A stretch of DNA of 64,000 nucleotides, from positions 1 through 64,000 of the IMG/VR virus record IMGVR_UViG_3300025009_000054. One strand, 5' to 3'. The first letter of the stretch is position 1. Every line of letters begins with the position of its first letter. Positions 38,076-48,030 of this stretch are shown piece after piece. The stretch is from a virus. Below the pieces are notes generated by a model. That model saw only the letters and a program-made list of their open reading frames with translations, searched no databases and was not told the origin of the DNA. The position numbers and the translations under genes are program-made.

Positions 38076-38270
38076 TTAATTACCGCATCTTACACTAATT
38101 GCATCACCACTTACCTTATTTAGTGTGCTTATACGTATAATCATGCCACACTTCCTACATGTTGATGTCCTACCACCAATAACGCACGATAGTGCGCCAA
38201 ATCTCGACATATCATGACCCAGACTTTTTGCTTGATCACGCGCATTACGAGATATTTTCTCATAAGTCAT
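38076..38270 (-). CDS. small Zn-binding protein
   Basis: LGH...CRKCG...C. Confidence 0.6.
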   Translation of the reverse strand: MTYEKISRNARDQAKSLGHDMSRFGALSCVIGGRTSTCRKCGMIIRISTLNKVSGDAISVRCGN

Positions 38271-38481
38271 GTATAACTCCTATCTGAGTATGTATGGAAT
38301 TAGTCTCGACATAGTACCCATTACCACACCCATTATGATCCCGTAGAGCAGATGAATAAAGAGTACTATGATCCGTTGCTTCCATTTATTCTTCTTATAC
38401 CATTCTCTAACTGTGATACTATCCTCATTTAGAGAACGTTGATGATCATTGCCTCTGCATAGTCCACGCGACCATCCTGAC

Positions 38482-39051
38482 TTAATTGGTCGGGGTTGGG
38501 AACGTGATTGTTGGGTCACGCGTGAGTGTGAATTCTGCTCTACCATGGAACTGGTAGCCTCCCAGCATTTCTATTGCTACTGCAGCGTCATCTGATGTCA
38601 TACCAGTATTGCAATCAACTCTTATTAACTCTGGCATGTCAAGCGGAAGGTCATCTAGTACCACAAACATAGAATCCTTTTCGCATAAACTCATGTGCTG
38701 ACGTATTTCATTAACACGCTCTACAAGCCCAACTTCATACAAATTCTTGCATTGTTCTAACTGTTCATCAGATACGTCTACGTCCTCGTCCGAAATAGTA
38801 TAGCCGTGAATCCTACCCTCACAATTTACTCCGCATATGAGTAACATGTGTTCAAATCCAAGTATTGTCATAGATTTTCGTAGTACCATATATCGCCACG
38901 CTGATGATATTACTATTTTCACATCAGGCACCGCATCAATTATCGCATTGAGGTTATCAACACATTCCTTTTTGATACCGGAATAACCGTTAGCATGTGA
39001 TATGTGATCGTTTAATACTCCATCTATATCTAAAAATATATATCTATCCAT
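38482..39051 (-). CDS. HAD-family protein (Swiss-Army-knife RNA-repair-like HAD)
   Basis: IFLDIDGVLN...KIVISSAWR...FVVLDD. Confidence 0.82.
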   Translation of the reverse strand: MDRYIFLDIDGVLNDHISHANGYSGIKKECVDNLNAIIDAVPDVKIVISSAWRYMVLRKSMTILGFEHMLLICGVNCEGRIHGYTISDEDVDVSDEQLEQCKNLYEVGLVERVNEIRQHMSLCEKDSMFVVLDDLPLDMPELIRVDCNTGMTSDDAAVAIEMLGGYQFHGRAEFTLTRDPTITFPTPTN

Positions 39052-39495
39052 TTACATCTCCATACCGATGAGGTTATGCTTCACTATATATTCCCTGAAT
39101 TCGCGCTGCAGTTTCATCATTTCTTTGCCAACTTCTTCTAATGCTACCTCAGCATTATCAATTGCCCCTTGATAATGCGAGATTTGATAACGTGATAGTC
39201 TAGTCTGTGATATCATCTTGCTGAGATCCTGTATGTCGTTAAGTATTGTACGATATTTAGCGCGGACTTCATCGCGCTTCATAGCCATCTTCTTTGCTAC
39301 TTCTGGTGGTGATTCGACATCAGGCTCCGTGACTGTCACATTCTTATTTAGTATATTTATAGCACGAGCTATGCCGTCATGGTGACCTCTATAATACGTG
39401 TGGAGTCCATTGCCACTTGTATCCCGCTTATATCTTGCATGATCTTTTATACCCTGAAGCGCAATTATGATAGTGTCGTACTCCTGCTGTGTCAT
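39052..39495 (-). CDS. coiled-coil hypothetical protein
   Basis: ORF track. Confidence 0.65.
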   Translation of the reverse strand: MTQQEYDTIIIALQGIKDHARYKRDTSGNGLHTYYRGHHDGIARAINILNKNVTVTEPDVESPPEVAKKMAMKRDEVRAKYRTILNDIQDLSKMISQTRLSRYQISHYQGAIDNAEVALEEVGKEMMKLQREFREYIVKHNLIGMEM

Positions 39496-39515
39496 CTAAT
39501 GCCCCCCTATAGTCG

Positions 39516-40025
39516 CTATGATTGCATCGGAGCATCATATTTGTAGGCTCCGATTGCTATTAATATTGCTGCCGTTGTGAGCAGTCTTGGATCTCCAGTT
39601 GTGCATATGGCTCGTACGTAGTCGCCCATATCGTTTAAGGCTATGCCATTTGATGCCGAGTTTATTTCCGTGATATGCAATGCTGCATCGCGGGTTTCAG
39701 CATCCGATAGGATTGTGCGGACCGTATCGCGTGATACCGGTTGTCCAGACTCCGCTAATCTCCCCAAATAGTACGCCACCATGCATGGTCTACAACAAAA
39801 ACTGTGTTCTTCTTCATTATCAATTACAGAGAGCCATCCATCGGGTATGTTTACGTTCTCTACTGGCTGTTCTACATCTAATCCGCAATGATTACAAAAG
39901 TATTCCTCTACTTTTGTATCATCAGACTGTCCTCCATGCAGTACACGGAATATTTGATCAGCCATATTTACACCCCCGACAGCATCTTTACCGATCTTCG
40001 TATCCAGAGTTGGATACTGTGTCAT
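39516..40025 (-). CDS. hypothetical protein with CNHC...FCC..C motif
   Basis: First gene after promoter 40073; GGAGG RBS. Confidence 0.7.
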   Translation of the reverse strand: MTQYPTLDTKIGKDAVGGVNMADQIFRVLHGGQSDDTKVEEYFCNHCGLDVEQPVENVNIPDGWLSVIDNEEEHSFCCRPCMVAYYLGRLAESGQPVSRDTVRTILSDAETRDAALHITEINSASNGIALNDMGDYVRAICTTGDPRLLTTAAILIAIGAYKYDAPMQS

Positions 40026-40072
40026 ACAATTACCTCCGTAAGTTTCAAGGGATGCACACCGCGCCCTCTAAG

Positions 40073-40105
40073 AGTGTAGACGTACAGCAAGGAGCGAATG
40101 GGGCC
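40073..40105 (-). promoter_or_regulatory. ECF-type promoter motif copy
   Basis: AGTGTAGACG-N17-GGGGCC. Confidence 0.78.
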
Positions 40106-40160
40106 AATTTCGGTTCATGTCTGTTACGGCCAGGTCGGACTTCCGTATGTTCTTGAGGAT

Positions 40161-40196
40161 CGTGACGGGAGACCTGACGATGATACTCCCGTCACG
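40161..40196. terminator. hairpin upstream of promoter 40073
   Basis: CGTGACGGGAG...CTCCCGTCACG inverted repeat. Confidence 0.5.
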
Positions 40197-40242
40197 AAGG
40201 ATACAGCTTTTTTATCAAAAAGGACTCTTGAGGTCTTAAGGT

Positions 40243-40707
40243 TTATTGGACATCGTCCTTGCCTTCTTTGAAAAGAGACTCGAAGCTCTTGATATGCAAT
40301 GAACGACTACCCATCGCAAATCCTATGATCCAAGCAAGTGTAACCATATTAAGAGCTACTGCCTCCTCAGATGCCTGTTTATATCCATTCATATCACGCA
40401 TAATTCTTAGTATGAAGTCTAACATCGCGCTAGCATCGGTTCTGTCCATTTTACTACCGTATATTGGAGATGCTATATCAAGTAAATTAGCTGTAGCCTT
40501 ACGACCCTCATTATTAATTATCATCCGATCTGTACCGGTGACCACAGATCGGATGAATGCCACTAACATATCGCGCATAAACACTGTTGGTGGCATTCCT
40601 GTGATATTACTCAAGTGTAATATATACTTATCCATCATTGAACATTTTTCACAGTGGCCTTCGCACATACTACATGATTTGTTTATAGAGTCGAATGTGA
40701 ATGGCAT
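40243..40707 (-). CDS. hypothetical protein
   Basis: Start tentatively MPFTFDS to avoid overlap with the upstream gene. Confidence 0.55.
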   Translation of the reverse strand: MPFTFDSINKSCSMCEGHCEKCSMMDKYILHLSNITGMPPTVFMRDMLVAFIRSVVTGTDRMIINNEGRKATANLLDIASPIYGSKMDRTDASAMLDFILRIMRDMNGYKQASEEAVALNMVTLAWIIGFAMGSRSLHIKSFESLFKEGKDDVQ

Positions 40708-40717
40708 ATCCGCGTCA

Positions 40718-41014
40718 TCAATACTGGTGAATGGCGAACCGTACTCCAGCTTCTCCCTGTAGATTTTCGATTTCTTCATCAGTAAACACATTACTCTTAA
40801 CGATTGCTTCCATCGTGGCAATGGGTTCACTTTCAATCTCGTCGTGGCTTAAGTCAATGCGGTGATTCTTGCGTAGGTATGCATCCTTGTAGATTTGCGC
40901 CATGCATTCTTTTACATCAGAGATTGATGGCTTCCTATTGCCACCGTTATCAATCTCACTTTTATCCATGGATTGCTGCCCTAAATTTTTAAATTCCTGG
41001 GTGTTCTCGGTCAT
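40718..41014 (-). CDS. hypothetical protein
   Basis: Start MTENTQ after GGAGG. Confidence 0.6.
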   Translation of the reverse strand: MTENTQEFKNLGQQSMDKSEIDNGGNRKPSISDVKECMAQIYKDAYLRKNHRIDLSHDEIESEPIATMEAIVKSNVFTDEEIENLQGEAGVRFAIHQY

Positions 41015-41088
41015 TGGACCCCTCCTAAAATTATTCTGGGTGATATATAAGACCGAGAACACCTAAAATGCCAATTCTTTAGAGGTCA

Positions 41089-41514
41089 TCAATGTATAAT
41101 GTGGTATCTACACATAAGAGTTGCATCGTCTACACCTGGTACGGTTGGTATAGAGGCTTCGCTACTCCAAAACTCGGTTTCTGCTTTATATGCTTCACTA
41201 CGCGTATGAAATCTATATGACCTTAATATTTTCACTATGATAGGCAATACAATTCTGCTATTATCAATAAGTGTTATCTCCATTATCGATGTACCAAGTT
41301 TATTATTACTATCGATAGGGTATATTGGAGTAGTTATTTCTAACATGTTTCTAGGATCCACATACCCTAAATAGCTAGAATACGCTTGATGATCCCATTT
41401 TGTGGGCAATGGTTCTTCCATCCCGTTAGGGAATAATACTTCCATCAACATTCTACTCCAGTCTATAATATTTACCATCTTTACATCTGAAGTATCATCG
41501 TCATTATATAGCAT
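41089..41514 (-). CDS. hypothetical protein
   Basis: First gene after promoter 41579. Confidence 0.65.
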   Translation of the reverse strand: MLYNDDDTSDVKMVNIIDWSRMLMEVLFPNGMEEPLPTKWDHQAYSSYLGYVDPRNMLEITTPIYPIDSNNKLGTSIMEITLIDNSRIVLPIIVKILRSYRFHTRSEAYKAETEFWSSEASIPTVPGVDDATLMCRYHIIH

Positions 41515-41578
41515 GATGGACTCCTTACAGTCACTTTAATGTTATTATCAACAAAGTGAACACGTTTTCGTTCCTATC

Positions 41579-41611
41579 AGTGTAGACGTACGGGGAGCAC
41601 TAGACGTCGTT
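41579..41611 (-). promoter_or_regulatory. ECF-type promoter motif copy (degenerate -35)
   Basis: AGTGTAGACG-N17-GTCGTT. Confidence 0.6.
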
Positions 41612-41637
41612 AATTCTATTTCCGCTATCCAAATAAT

Positions 41638-41674
41638 GATAATGGCTAAGTCCGATGTAGACTTAGCCATTATC
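41638..41674 (-). terminator. hairpin ending the cargo/sigma gene run
   Basis: GATAATGGCTAAGTC...GACTTAGCCATTATC 15-bp stem. Confidence 0.65.
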
Positions 41675-41699
41675 AGTGAACAAACCACGAGAAATAAGA

Positions 41700-41966
41700 T
41701 CAAGTCGCGGTTCCTATCTTTTGTTTCTTCGATTCTCGTATTGCCTTTTGTACAAACTCAATCGCTATATAGATAACTCCCCAATATATAGCAATCTTCT
41801 CGTTAGTATTGATTGCGCTATGCAACCAAGTAATCCAATTATCAGAGCAATAAGTCAGCAACGCTGACCCAGCAATAGTGGCAAACCTTCTGAGTATTGC
41901 CCCAGCCGCGATCGCCCACGGCTTCCAGTTTTCCTCACTTTTGAGTAGCTGTACCAACCAGTTCAT
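41700..41966 (-). CDS. small membrane protein, holin-like
   Basis: Two hydrophobic helices and a basic C-terminus. Confidence 0.5.
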   Translation of the reverse strand: MNWLVQLLKSEENWKPWAIAAGAILRRFATIAGSALLTYCSDNWITWLHSAINTNEKIAIYWGVIYIAIEFVQKAIRESKKQKIGTAT

Positions 41967-41981
41967 GGTTGATCACCTCCC

Positions 41982-44444
41982 TTACACCTTCGTTATCTCC
42001 ATAATAGGGAAATTGACAGCATACTCGCCATTTTTCTTCTTCATTTCATCGATACGCTTAGCCCAAGGCGAACTACGTGGTGCTACTCTATCAACTAGGA
42101 CGAGTGCAGTCTCTGTATCTGGGTTAATATTATCGACTATACCACGCAACTGGTATGTAGAACCAGTCTGCGGATCACGTCTATTAATAGCGACTTCATC
42201 ACCAATTTTGAATGGTATACTAGTCTCAGGTTTCGCATTAGGGTCGTACAGATACTGCAACGGTGCCATCTGGTTATTAACGATGTTATTACCCTTACCA
42301 ACAGCATCCTTAACGCGCTCAACTTTCCTCTTATACTCAGTAGAACCTGGCTCTAGTCCATCAGTCATTCCAAGTGCGTCCGCTACCATCTCTCTATTCC
42401 ATGGGTGTGTTGTGCTACTTGGAAAAGTATGATACATAAGCCACGCATCGCGATGATGTTCTGGCATGTTACTAATTGCATCAGATATTGGAGCTATCGT
42501 ATCTTCCCACTCCATCTGTTCCTGCATCTTGTGTGGTGATCTAATAGCATTTGGTCCATTTGCTTCAAATGAATCATTGCCATCATCACCTGGATCACCT
42601 TCGCTACTGTTTCCATGAGGCGCATCAAGTGATATCTGGTTATCTTCGCGTAACTTCTGTTTACGCAGGTAATCCTTTTTCTGATTATGGGCTATCATAA
42701 ATAGCCATGTCTTAAAACTAGAATTGCCCTTGAACGTATCAATCTTTGCGTATGCGTTAACAAACGTTGACTGAGCAACATCATGTGCCATTTCTTGATT
42801 GCAACCTTCACTCACCATTAGGCCGACCACATTATTATAATTCTTAGATATTAGCTCATCCCACGCACCCTGATTACCTTGGCGTGCTGCATCTACCAGT
42901 GCAAGTTCCTTAGGGTCAACGTTGCGGTAGGTCGGGCGTAGACCCTTCTTACCTTTCTTTGCCGTAAGCACGTACACTTCTTGTGCTATCGCATCAACAT
43001 CACCCTTACTAAGTTTAACACCACTAGACCTGATTTCATCGATGAATATACGGAATGCATCGTTAAAATCCTTAACTTCATTCTCATCATACTCTTCGTA
43101 TATTCGATCCTCCTCTGCTAGGAAGTCCTGTGCGAATTCTTCTACTTGGTCGATTGACAGAGTACGATTTACCAGGCTCTTATTTTTAGTACCCTGATCT
43201 TTAGGACGGGGTATACTTCTATCGAATGTATCGCGTTTCCTTATATCCCCATCATGCTGTCTCTGGAATAATTGCTGCAATATGGGATCTTCTTGTATAT
43301 CATCATCGTCTGATTCAACGCTCTCTGGTAGAAGTCTATCATCTTCACCAGTATATGAATCAGTTTGTATATCCGGAGTCTTGCTAGCATCAATATCATC
43401 GACTACAGGAGCTGTCTTACGACGCTTTACACGACGTCTAACGTCAGCTCTGCTCTCGTCACTATCTGTTTCTTTTGTTTTTGGTGTAGATGTTACGCCC
43501 TTTGGCTTCATATCCCAAGTCATAAGTCCAGCATATGACTCCAACTGGTCCATAGCATCCGAGTCACCAATAACATTCTCAAACCGACTTTTATCAGCAT
43601 TATATGATCGACGTGACAGATGAAATCCCATATCTTCTAGGAGCCCTATATTTTCACGTGTAGTCTGTACCCATCCAACATACTTATCGGCCTTGACTCT
43701 TTCGCCATCTTCTTGCGATACTATTGGCCGACCATAGTGGTCTATAGCTACCACTGACTTAGGTTTTTCATTAGGCGCTATATATCCACATTGTACTGTC
43801 GTGACGAATACACCGTAAAATTGGCCACCAGGTATACCAACTTTAGATTTTTGTTCATATTGGTGCATGATCTCTCCTTCATACACCGGTATCTGATCAC
43901 CATACTCATCGAGTTTAGGTTCACCTTTTTTATATTTAATATACTCTCTTCCGTCTTCATCGGTATCCATAACATTTTCATTATATCGCTCATACTTGGG
44001 CTGTTCGGATTCCTGCATTGTGGATGGTGCACTTCCCATCATCCTTGGTGCAGTAGCGGATGGGTCTAATGTGTGTCCAAGTCCTTGATAATACTTGCAC
44101 CTTACACCAGGAATTACTCCAGTTGTCTCATCCCACCGCTCTTCGTCCCATACTAGCACCGATGTTGGTGCCGCCGATATATCAGGTGCCCCACGACATA
44201 TCTTTACGAAATGTCTGTCACGAAGTAACGGGCATTTCACCATCCCAGGATATTGTATTATACGGTCGACGTATGGCTCAATATGATAGCCAGCATCATC
44301 AGCAATACGCTTGAGTTCCGCTACAGTAACTCCAAGAGTTTTAGCCATCTGTACATCATCTGATCTAAGTAGAGTTTTTGATGCACGTTTGGTAAGATAT
44401 GTTCCCATTTCTGGATATCTATGAAGCAATTCACACAATTCCAT
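41982..44444 (-). CDS. 820-aa multidomain protein containing an ECF sigma factor and a C-terminal KOW/SH3-like domain
   Basis: Sigma2: ELALVDAARQGNQGAWDELI...AHDVAQSTFVNAY...FKGNSSFKTWLFMIAHN...DYLRK. Sigma4: ISDAISNMPEHHRDAW...REMVADALGM. Confidence 0.85.
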   Translation of the reverse strand: MELCELLHRYPEMGTYLTKRASKTLLRSDDVQMAKTLGVTVAELKRIADDAGYHIEPYVDRIIQYPGMVKCPLLRDRHFVKICRGAPDISAAPTSVLVWDEERWDETTGVIPGVRCKYYQGLGHTLDPSATAPRMMGSAPSTMQESEQPKYERYNENVMDTDEDGREYIKYKKGEPKLDEYGDQIPVYEGEIMHQYEQKSKVGIPGGQFYGVFVTTVQCGYIAPNEKPKSVVAIDHYGRPIVSQEDGERVKADKYVGWVQTTRENIGLLEDMGFHLSRRSYNADKSRFENVIGDSDAMDQLESYAGLMTWDMKPKGVTSTPKTKETDSDESRADVRRRVKRRKTAPVVDDIDASKTPDIQTDSYTGEDDRLLPESVESDDDDIQEDPILQQLFQRQHDGDIRKRDTFDRSIPRPKDQGTKNKSLVNRTLSIDQVEEFAQDFLAEEDRIYEEYDENEVKDFNDAFRIFIDEIRSSGVKLSKGDVDAIAQEVYVLTAKKGKKGLRPTYRNVDPKELALVDAARQGNQGAWDELISKNYNNVVGLMVSEGCNQEMAHDVAQSTFVNAYAKIDTFKGNSSFKTWLFMIAHNQKKDYLRKQKLREDNQISLDAPHGNSSEGDPGDDGNDSFEANGPNAIRSPHKMQEQMEWEDTIAPISDAISNMPEHHRDAWLMYHTFPSSTTHPWNREMVADALGMTDGLEPGSTEYKRKVERVKDAVGKGNNIVNNQMAPLQYLYDPNAKPETSIPFKIGDEVAINRRDPQTGSTYQLRGIVDNINPDTETALVLVDRVAPRSSPWAKRIDEMKKKNGEYAVNFPIMEITKV

Positions 44445-44481
44445 AGTTGATTTCCCCTTAGCTATAGATCGCGGTCTAATT

Positions 44482-45006
44482 TTATTCGGATTCGTAGCCT
44501 TCTGGTTCTGCTGAAAATACTAGGTTGACGATTAATTCGCCACTGTCTCCGATCCTTGGTACAGTAACAGATGAGAATGTCCAGTTATCACCATAGATAC
44601 CCACGGACCCGCTGATGCTATCGTAAACTTCTGACCATTTGATATAGTCGTTGGCGTTAAGCTCTTCTATTACTACGTCTTGCACTTCCTTCGCATTTGA
44701 AGGATCGTTAATTCCAGGTATCCCACTAAAGGCTAGCGATATATCACCTGTGATATACATCTTTGAGGGCTGATGTTGGGATAGACCAGATTGCGCTTCA
44801 CCATAACATTCGAGTACTGTCATGATATTGGGCAACTGTTCAGTATCTAGTTCAAATTCTTCTGCATTACCCTCCTGAGCACTATGTAAACTCGCATGTG
44901 ATACCATGCTAGTTAGCCATTCCATGTCTTGCCTCCAAAGGCTCAACGAACACGGGGCCGACGGTTCCACACTTCCATTATACCACGAAAAGCCCATTCT
45001 TGTCAA
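44482..45006 (-). CDS. acidic hypothetical protein
   Basis: ORF track; real start probably MEWLTS. Confidence 0.65.
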   Translation of the reverse strand: MTRMGFSWYNGSVEPSAPCSLSLWRQDMEWLTSMVSHASLHSAQEGNAEEFELDTEQLPNIMTVLECYGEAQSGLSQHQPSKMYITGDISLAFSGIPGINDPSNAKEVQDVVIEELNANDYIKWSEVYDSISGSVGIYGDNWTFSSVTVPRIGDSGELIVNLVFSAEPEGYESE

Positions 45007-45062
45007 TAGACGAATGGGTACTAAACAATCAGCCCCACGATCGATCGAGTCCTATTTGTTTA

Positions 45063-47963
45063 CTATACTTGACGTCTCGCAACTCGCTGCTCATATTCCA
45101 CTTCAGCCTCAGCCTGACTACGAGCAGCTATGTAGTCGTTCTCGTCAAATTGACCATCCTGTATATCGTATTTGCTGTAATTGAAGTCATCAATTAGGAT
45201 TTCCTCAGTACGGTCTACAATCTCCTGCGATGCAGTTCTCATAGCCGATGCAGAAAATGGCATTGGATCCTGACTAGGAATACCACTAGTTCCACCTACT
45301 GATGGTCCGCTAGTTTCCCATGGAAGATTTCCGGCACCAGGCTGCCTACCCATCTGCGTGTCGAAGTCATTAGTTTTCTGTTCTTTACTTTTAAGATCCT
45401 CAACACGTCTTTTCTTTTTATCTTCTACGATACTGAGAATCCTCGCGGCTTCATTTGTTGCGTGAGAAGCAAGCCTACTACTTACACCATTGGCAATATC
45501 ATAAGCCCTTACCCACCTATCATATGAGCTGCCACCCATTCTACGTGCCATTGACTCTAGCATAGCAATATATCGCTTGCCATCTTCACCAGCATTCTTA
45601 ATCGTAGTTATGGTAGAAGCTAGATCCTGTACTATATGATCATCACTTGAGCCACGATAATCTGCACCAAGATCATTATATGCTTTCATATAGGCACCCT
45701 CAAGATCGCCTATATATCTCAATTGTGCGGCTCTATCCTCAGCTAATGCCATCTGAGTATTTGCCGGTAATCCCCATCTAGAATCGTGATCACCCATGGG
45801 TTTACCAAGAGTAGTAATAGATTTTTGATGATCTCGACCAAATGGATCACTATCCTCAAGCCCAGCTTCATCTTTATTACTATTCATTTCGTTCATGATT
45901 TGATCGGCAGTTGGACCAGCTTCGTGTGGTCCAACTCCAACATCTTTAAGTGTCATCTTTAAAGCATCTTTAAGGCTATTAGATCTATTTCTATTTGCAA
46001 GCAGTTTATCCGTAAAACGAGTCTTACCACTAGACGACCCATCTACATTAATGGATGAACTTGTACTATGATTTACCGCATCACCAGTTGGTGTACTAAG
46101 TACATCCGACAATTCACCATCAGTCTGTGCGGTTCTCATTCCAGTATCGCCACTAACCTCATGCCAGCCATCACTGTCATATCTATTTTTTACTCTCTGA
46201 CACTCAGCGTCACCATAGCAATCAGTAAGCAATTTGCCAGTCTCGGCATCTATGAAATCAAACCACGCCTCTTCTCCATCATGACTATGATCACTCTTGA
46301 TCATATATCCATTACTTACGTCACCATCCATGTCGCGAGTGGCGTGGCCTTCCAATTGATCTTCATGCCTCTGATCAGCATGAATGTCATCGTATTTATT
46401 ATCGTCTTGTGCTGTACGTCTGCCAGGTGACGGGTCATCATTATCGTCACTATCATATATACCAGCGCACATATTCTGTGCAGCCTCTCTAGACAATCTC
46501 TTTTTATGCCCAGTCTTACCAACGCCACAGCTCATAAGGTGAGCAACATGCCCATCAAATCCGCCTTCAAATGAGCCATCTTCGTTCATATGTCTGCAAT
46601 AGTGCTTCTTCGCTTCTACCTTTACCAGTCTAGCGAATTTATCCATATTGCGGGCACCACTGAAAAATCCACTCTGTGGTATAGATATATGCCCATCCCC
46701 ACGGAATTCTTCATCACTACGTATACCTAACTGCGTATCGGTATCAAAGTCGCGATGCATAGCCGGACTATCGTACTGACTGCGTTCTCTATCCTCATGA
46801 TATCCACACGATACGCATTCCATCTTAGCCCAGTGTGGTCCACCACCAGGAATCTCTTCCATATCATTTCCACACTCTGGACAACTACCCATTTCAGAAG
46901 TATCAGCATGGTACTGACTAGTCTTAATTTTCTTAGATTTACCATCTACACCAGCAGTATCAATCTCTACTATATTGAAATCTTTTATGCTATCTTCATA
47001 TTTCTTATCAGTAGGATTACCAAGATGCTGATTATGAGGTTCGGACAGCTCTACTGGCATGGTAAACGGAAGTGCTTCTCTTCCTTTAGGTGCTGAGACA
47101 TCGAACCCAAGATTTGCAATCTCATCAATAACTTCTTCAACATCATCACTGGACATTGATGAATTCATCTTCATCATACCATTGAAAACAGTCTGTATGT
47201 CCTGTCTCGTTTTTTGAGCTACTCTGAGAACCTCTTCGGCCATTCTAGGTGCCGATAATGGTGCACCAGGGAATACTGGATTTCCCCAAGGTCCACCTTT
47301 AAACCCTGCAGCAGTCTTATTCATAGCTGTTAGCTGGTTATGTACTATACTTTCATCACCATTTGGTGAAATATCGGTGCGGTCTGACATCTTACGTGTA
47401 CCAGATTTAGCTATACCAAGATCAACAGCCATATCTTCAAGACTCGGCTTTTCAAGTTGATCTAGAGCGGATGCAACTACCTCATCAAACTGCTCCGGAT
47501 CCAAGTTTTCCTTGAAATAGGTCATAGCCTTATCACGGTGTGTCCTAAAGAACAGACCTATATCATCGATCAGCTCTGTTCTAGTAAGAGTGTCAGCATC
47601 TTTACCGGTATTAAACGTAGTTAGTGCTTTATTAGTGGTGTCTACCATGCTGTCATCATTAGGATCGTCTACTGCATATCGACCATTTGCATATGTCACT
47701 ACAACCGGCATCTTAGATTGGCCTGTCGGGTTAACATATACAACGTCAAACTGTAGTTTTGCTACCCTAACGTTGCCAACACCACACGCATTGATGTCTA
47801 CGTTGAGCATATCCATGCCAGTAAACGAAGCCTGAGCCCCATCCAGTTTCAGAGACTTACAGTATTCACTTACCTTCTTATATGCACATTCGACTAGTCG
47901 GTGACGCTCATCACTACCAATCGATCTATCACTATTCGTATTGAGCGCGGCTTGTATACGCAT
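45063..47963 (-). CDS. 966-aa acidic modular protein, putative virion internal/cargo polyprotein
   Basis: KTAA, RRTAQ, MRTAQ and MRTAS motifs; internal CPEC...CVSC Zn ribbon. Confidence 0.7.
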   Translation of the reverse strand: MRIQAALNTNSDRSIGSDERHRLVECAYKKVSEYCKSLKLDGAQASFTGMDMLNVDINACGVGNVRVAKLQFDVVYVNPTGQSKMPVVVTYANGRYAVDDPNDDSMVDTTNKALTTFNTGKDADTLTRTELIDDIGLFFRTHRDKAMTYFKENLDPEQFDEVVASALDQLEKPSLEDMAVDLGIAKSGTRKMSDRTDISPNGDESIVHNQLTAMNKTAAGFKGGPWGNPVFPGAPLSAPRMAEEVLRVAQKTRQDIQTVFNGMMKMNSSMSSDDVEEVIDEIANLGFDVSAPKGREALPFTMPVELSEPHNQHLGNPTDKKYEDSIKDFNIVEIDTAGVDGKSKKIKTSQYHADTSEMGSCPECGNDMEEIPGGGPHWAKMECVSCGYHEDRERSQYDSPAMHRDFDTDTQLGIRSDEEFRGDGHISIPQSGFFSGARNMDKFARLVKVEAKKHYCRHMNEDGSFEGGFDGHVAHLMSCGVGKTGHKKRLSREAAQNMCAGIYDSDDNDDPSPGRRTAQDDNKYDDIHADQRHEDQLEGHATRDMDGDVSNGYMIKSDHSHDGEEAWFDFIDAETGKLLTDCYGDAECQRVKNRYDSDGWHEVSGDTGMRTAQTDGELSDVLSTPTGDAVNHSTSSSINVDGSSSGKTRFTDKLLANRNRSNSLKDALKMTLKDVGVGPHEAGPTADQIMNEMNSNKDEAGLEDSDPFGRDHQKSITTLGKPMGDHDSRWGLPANTQMALAEDRAAQLRYIGDLEGAYMKAYNDLGADYRGSSDDHIVQDLASTITTIKNAGEDGKRYIAMLESMARRMGGSSYDRWVRAYDIANGVSSRLASHATNEAARILSIVEDKKKRRVEDLKSKEQKTNDFDTQMGRQPGAGNLPWETSGPSVGGTSGIPSQDPMPFSASAMRTASQEIVDRTEEILIDDFNYSKYDIQDGQFDENDYIAARSQAEAEVEYEQRVARRQV

Positions 47964-48030
47964 TTGTACTCAACCTCCATCCCAACGCGTGTTGGGTATC
48001 ATACTTACACTACCATTAGTATAGTAGAGC

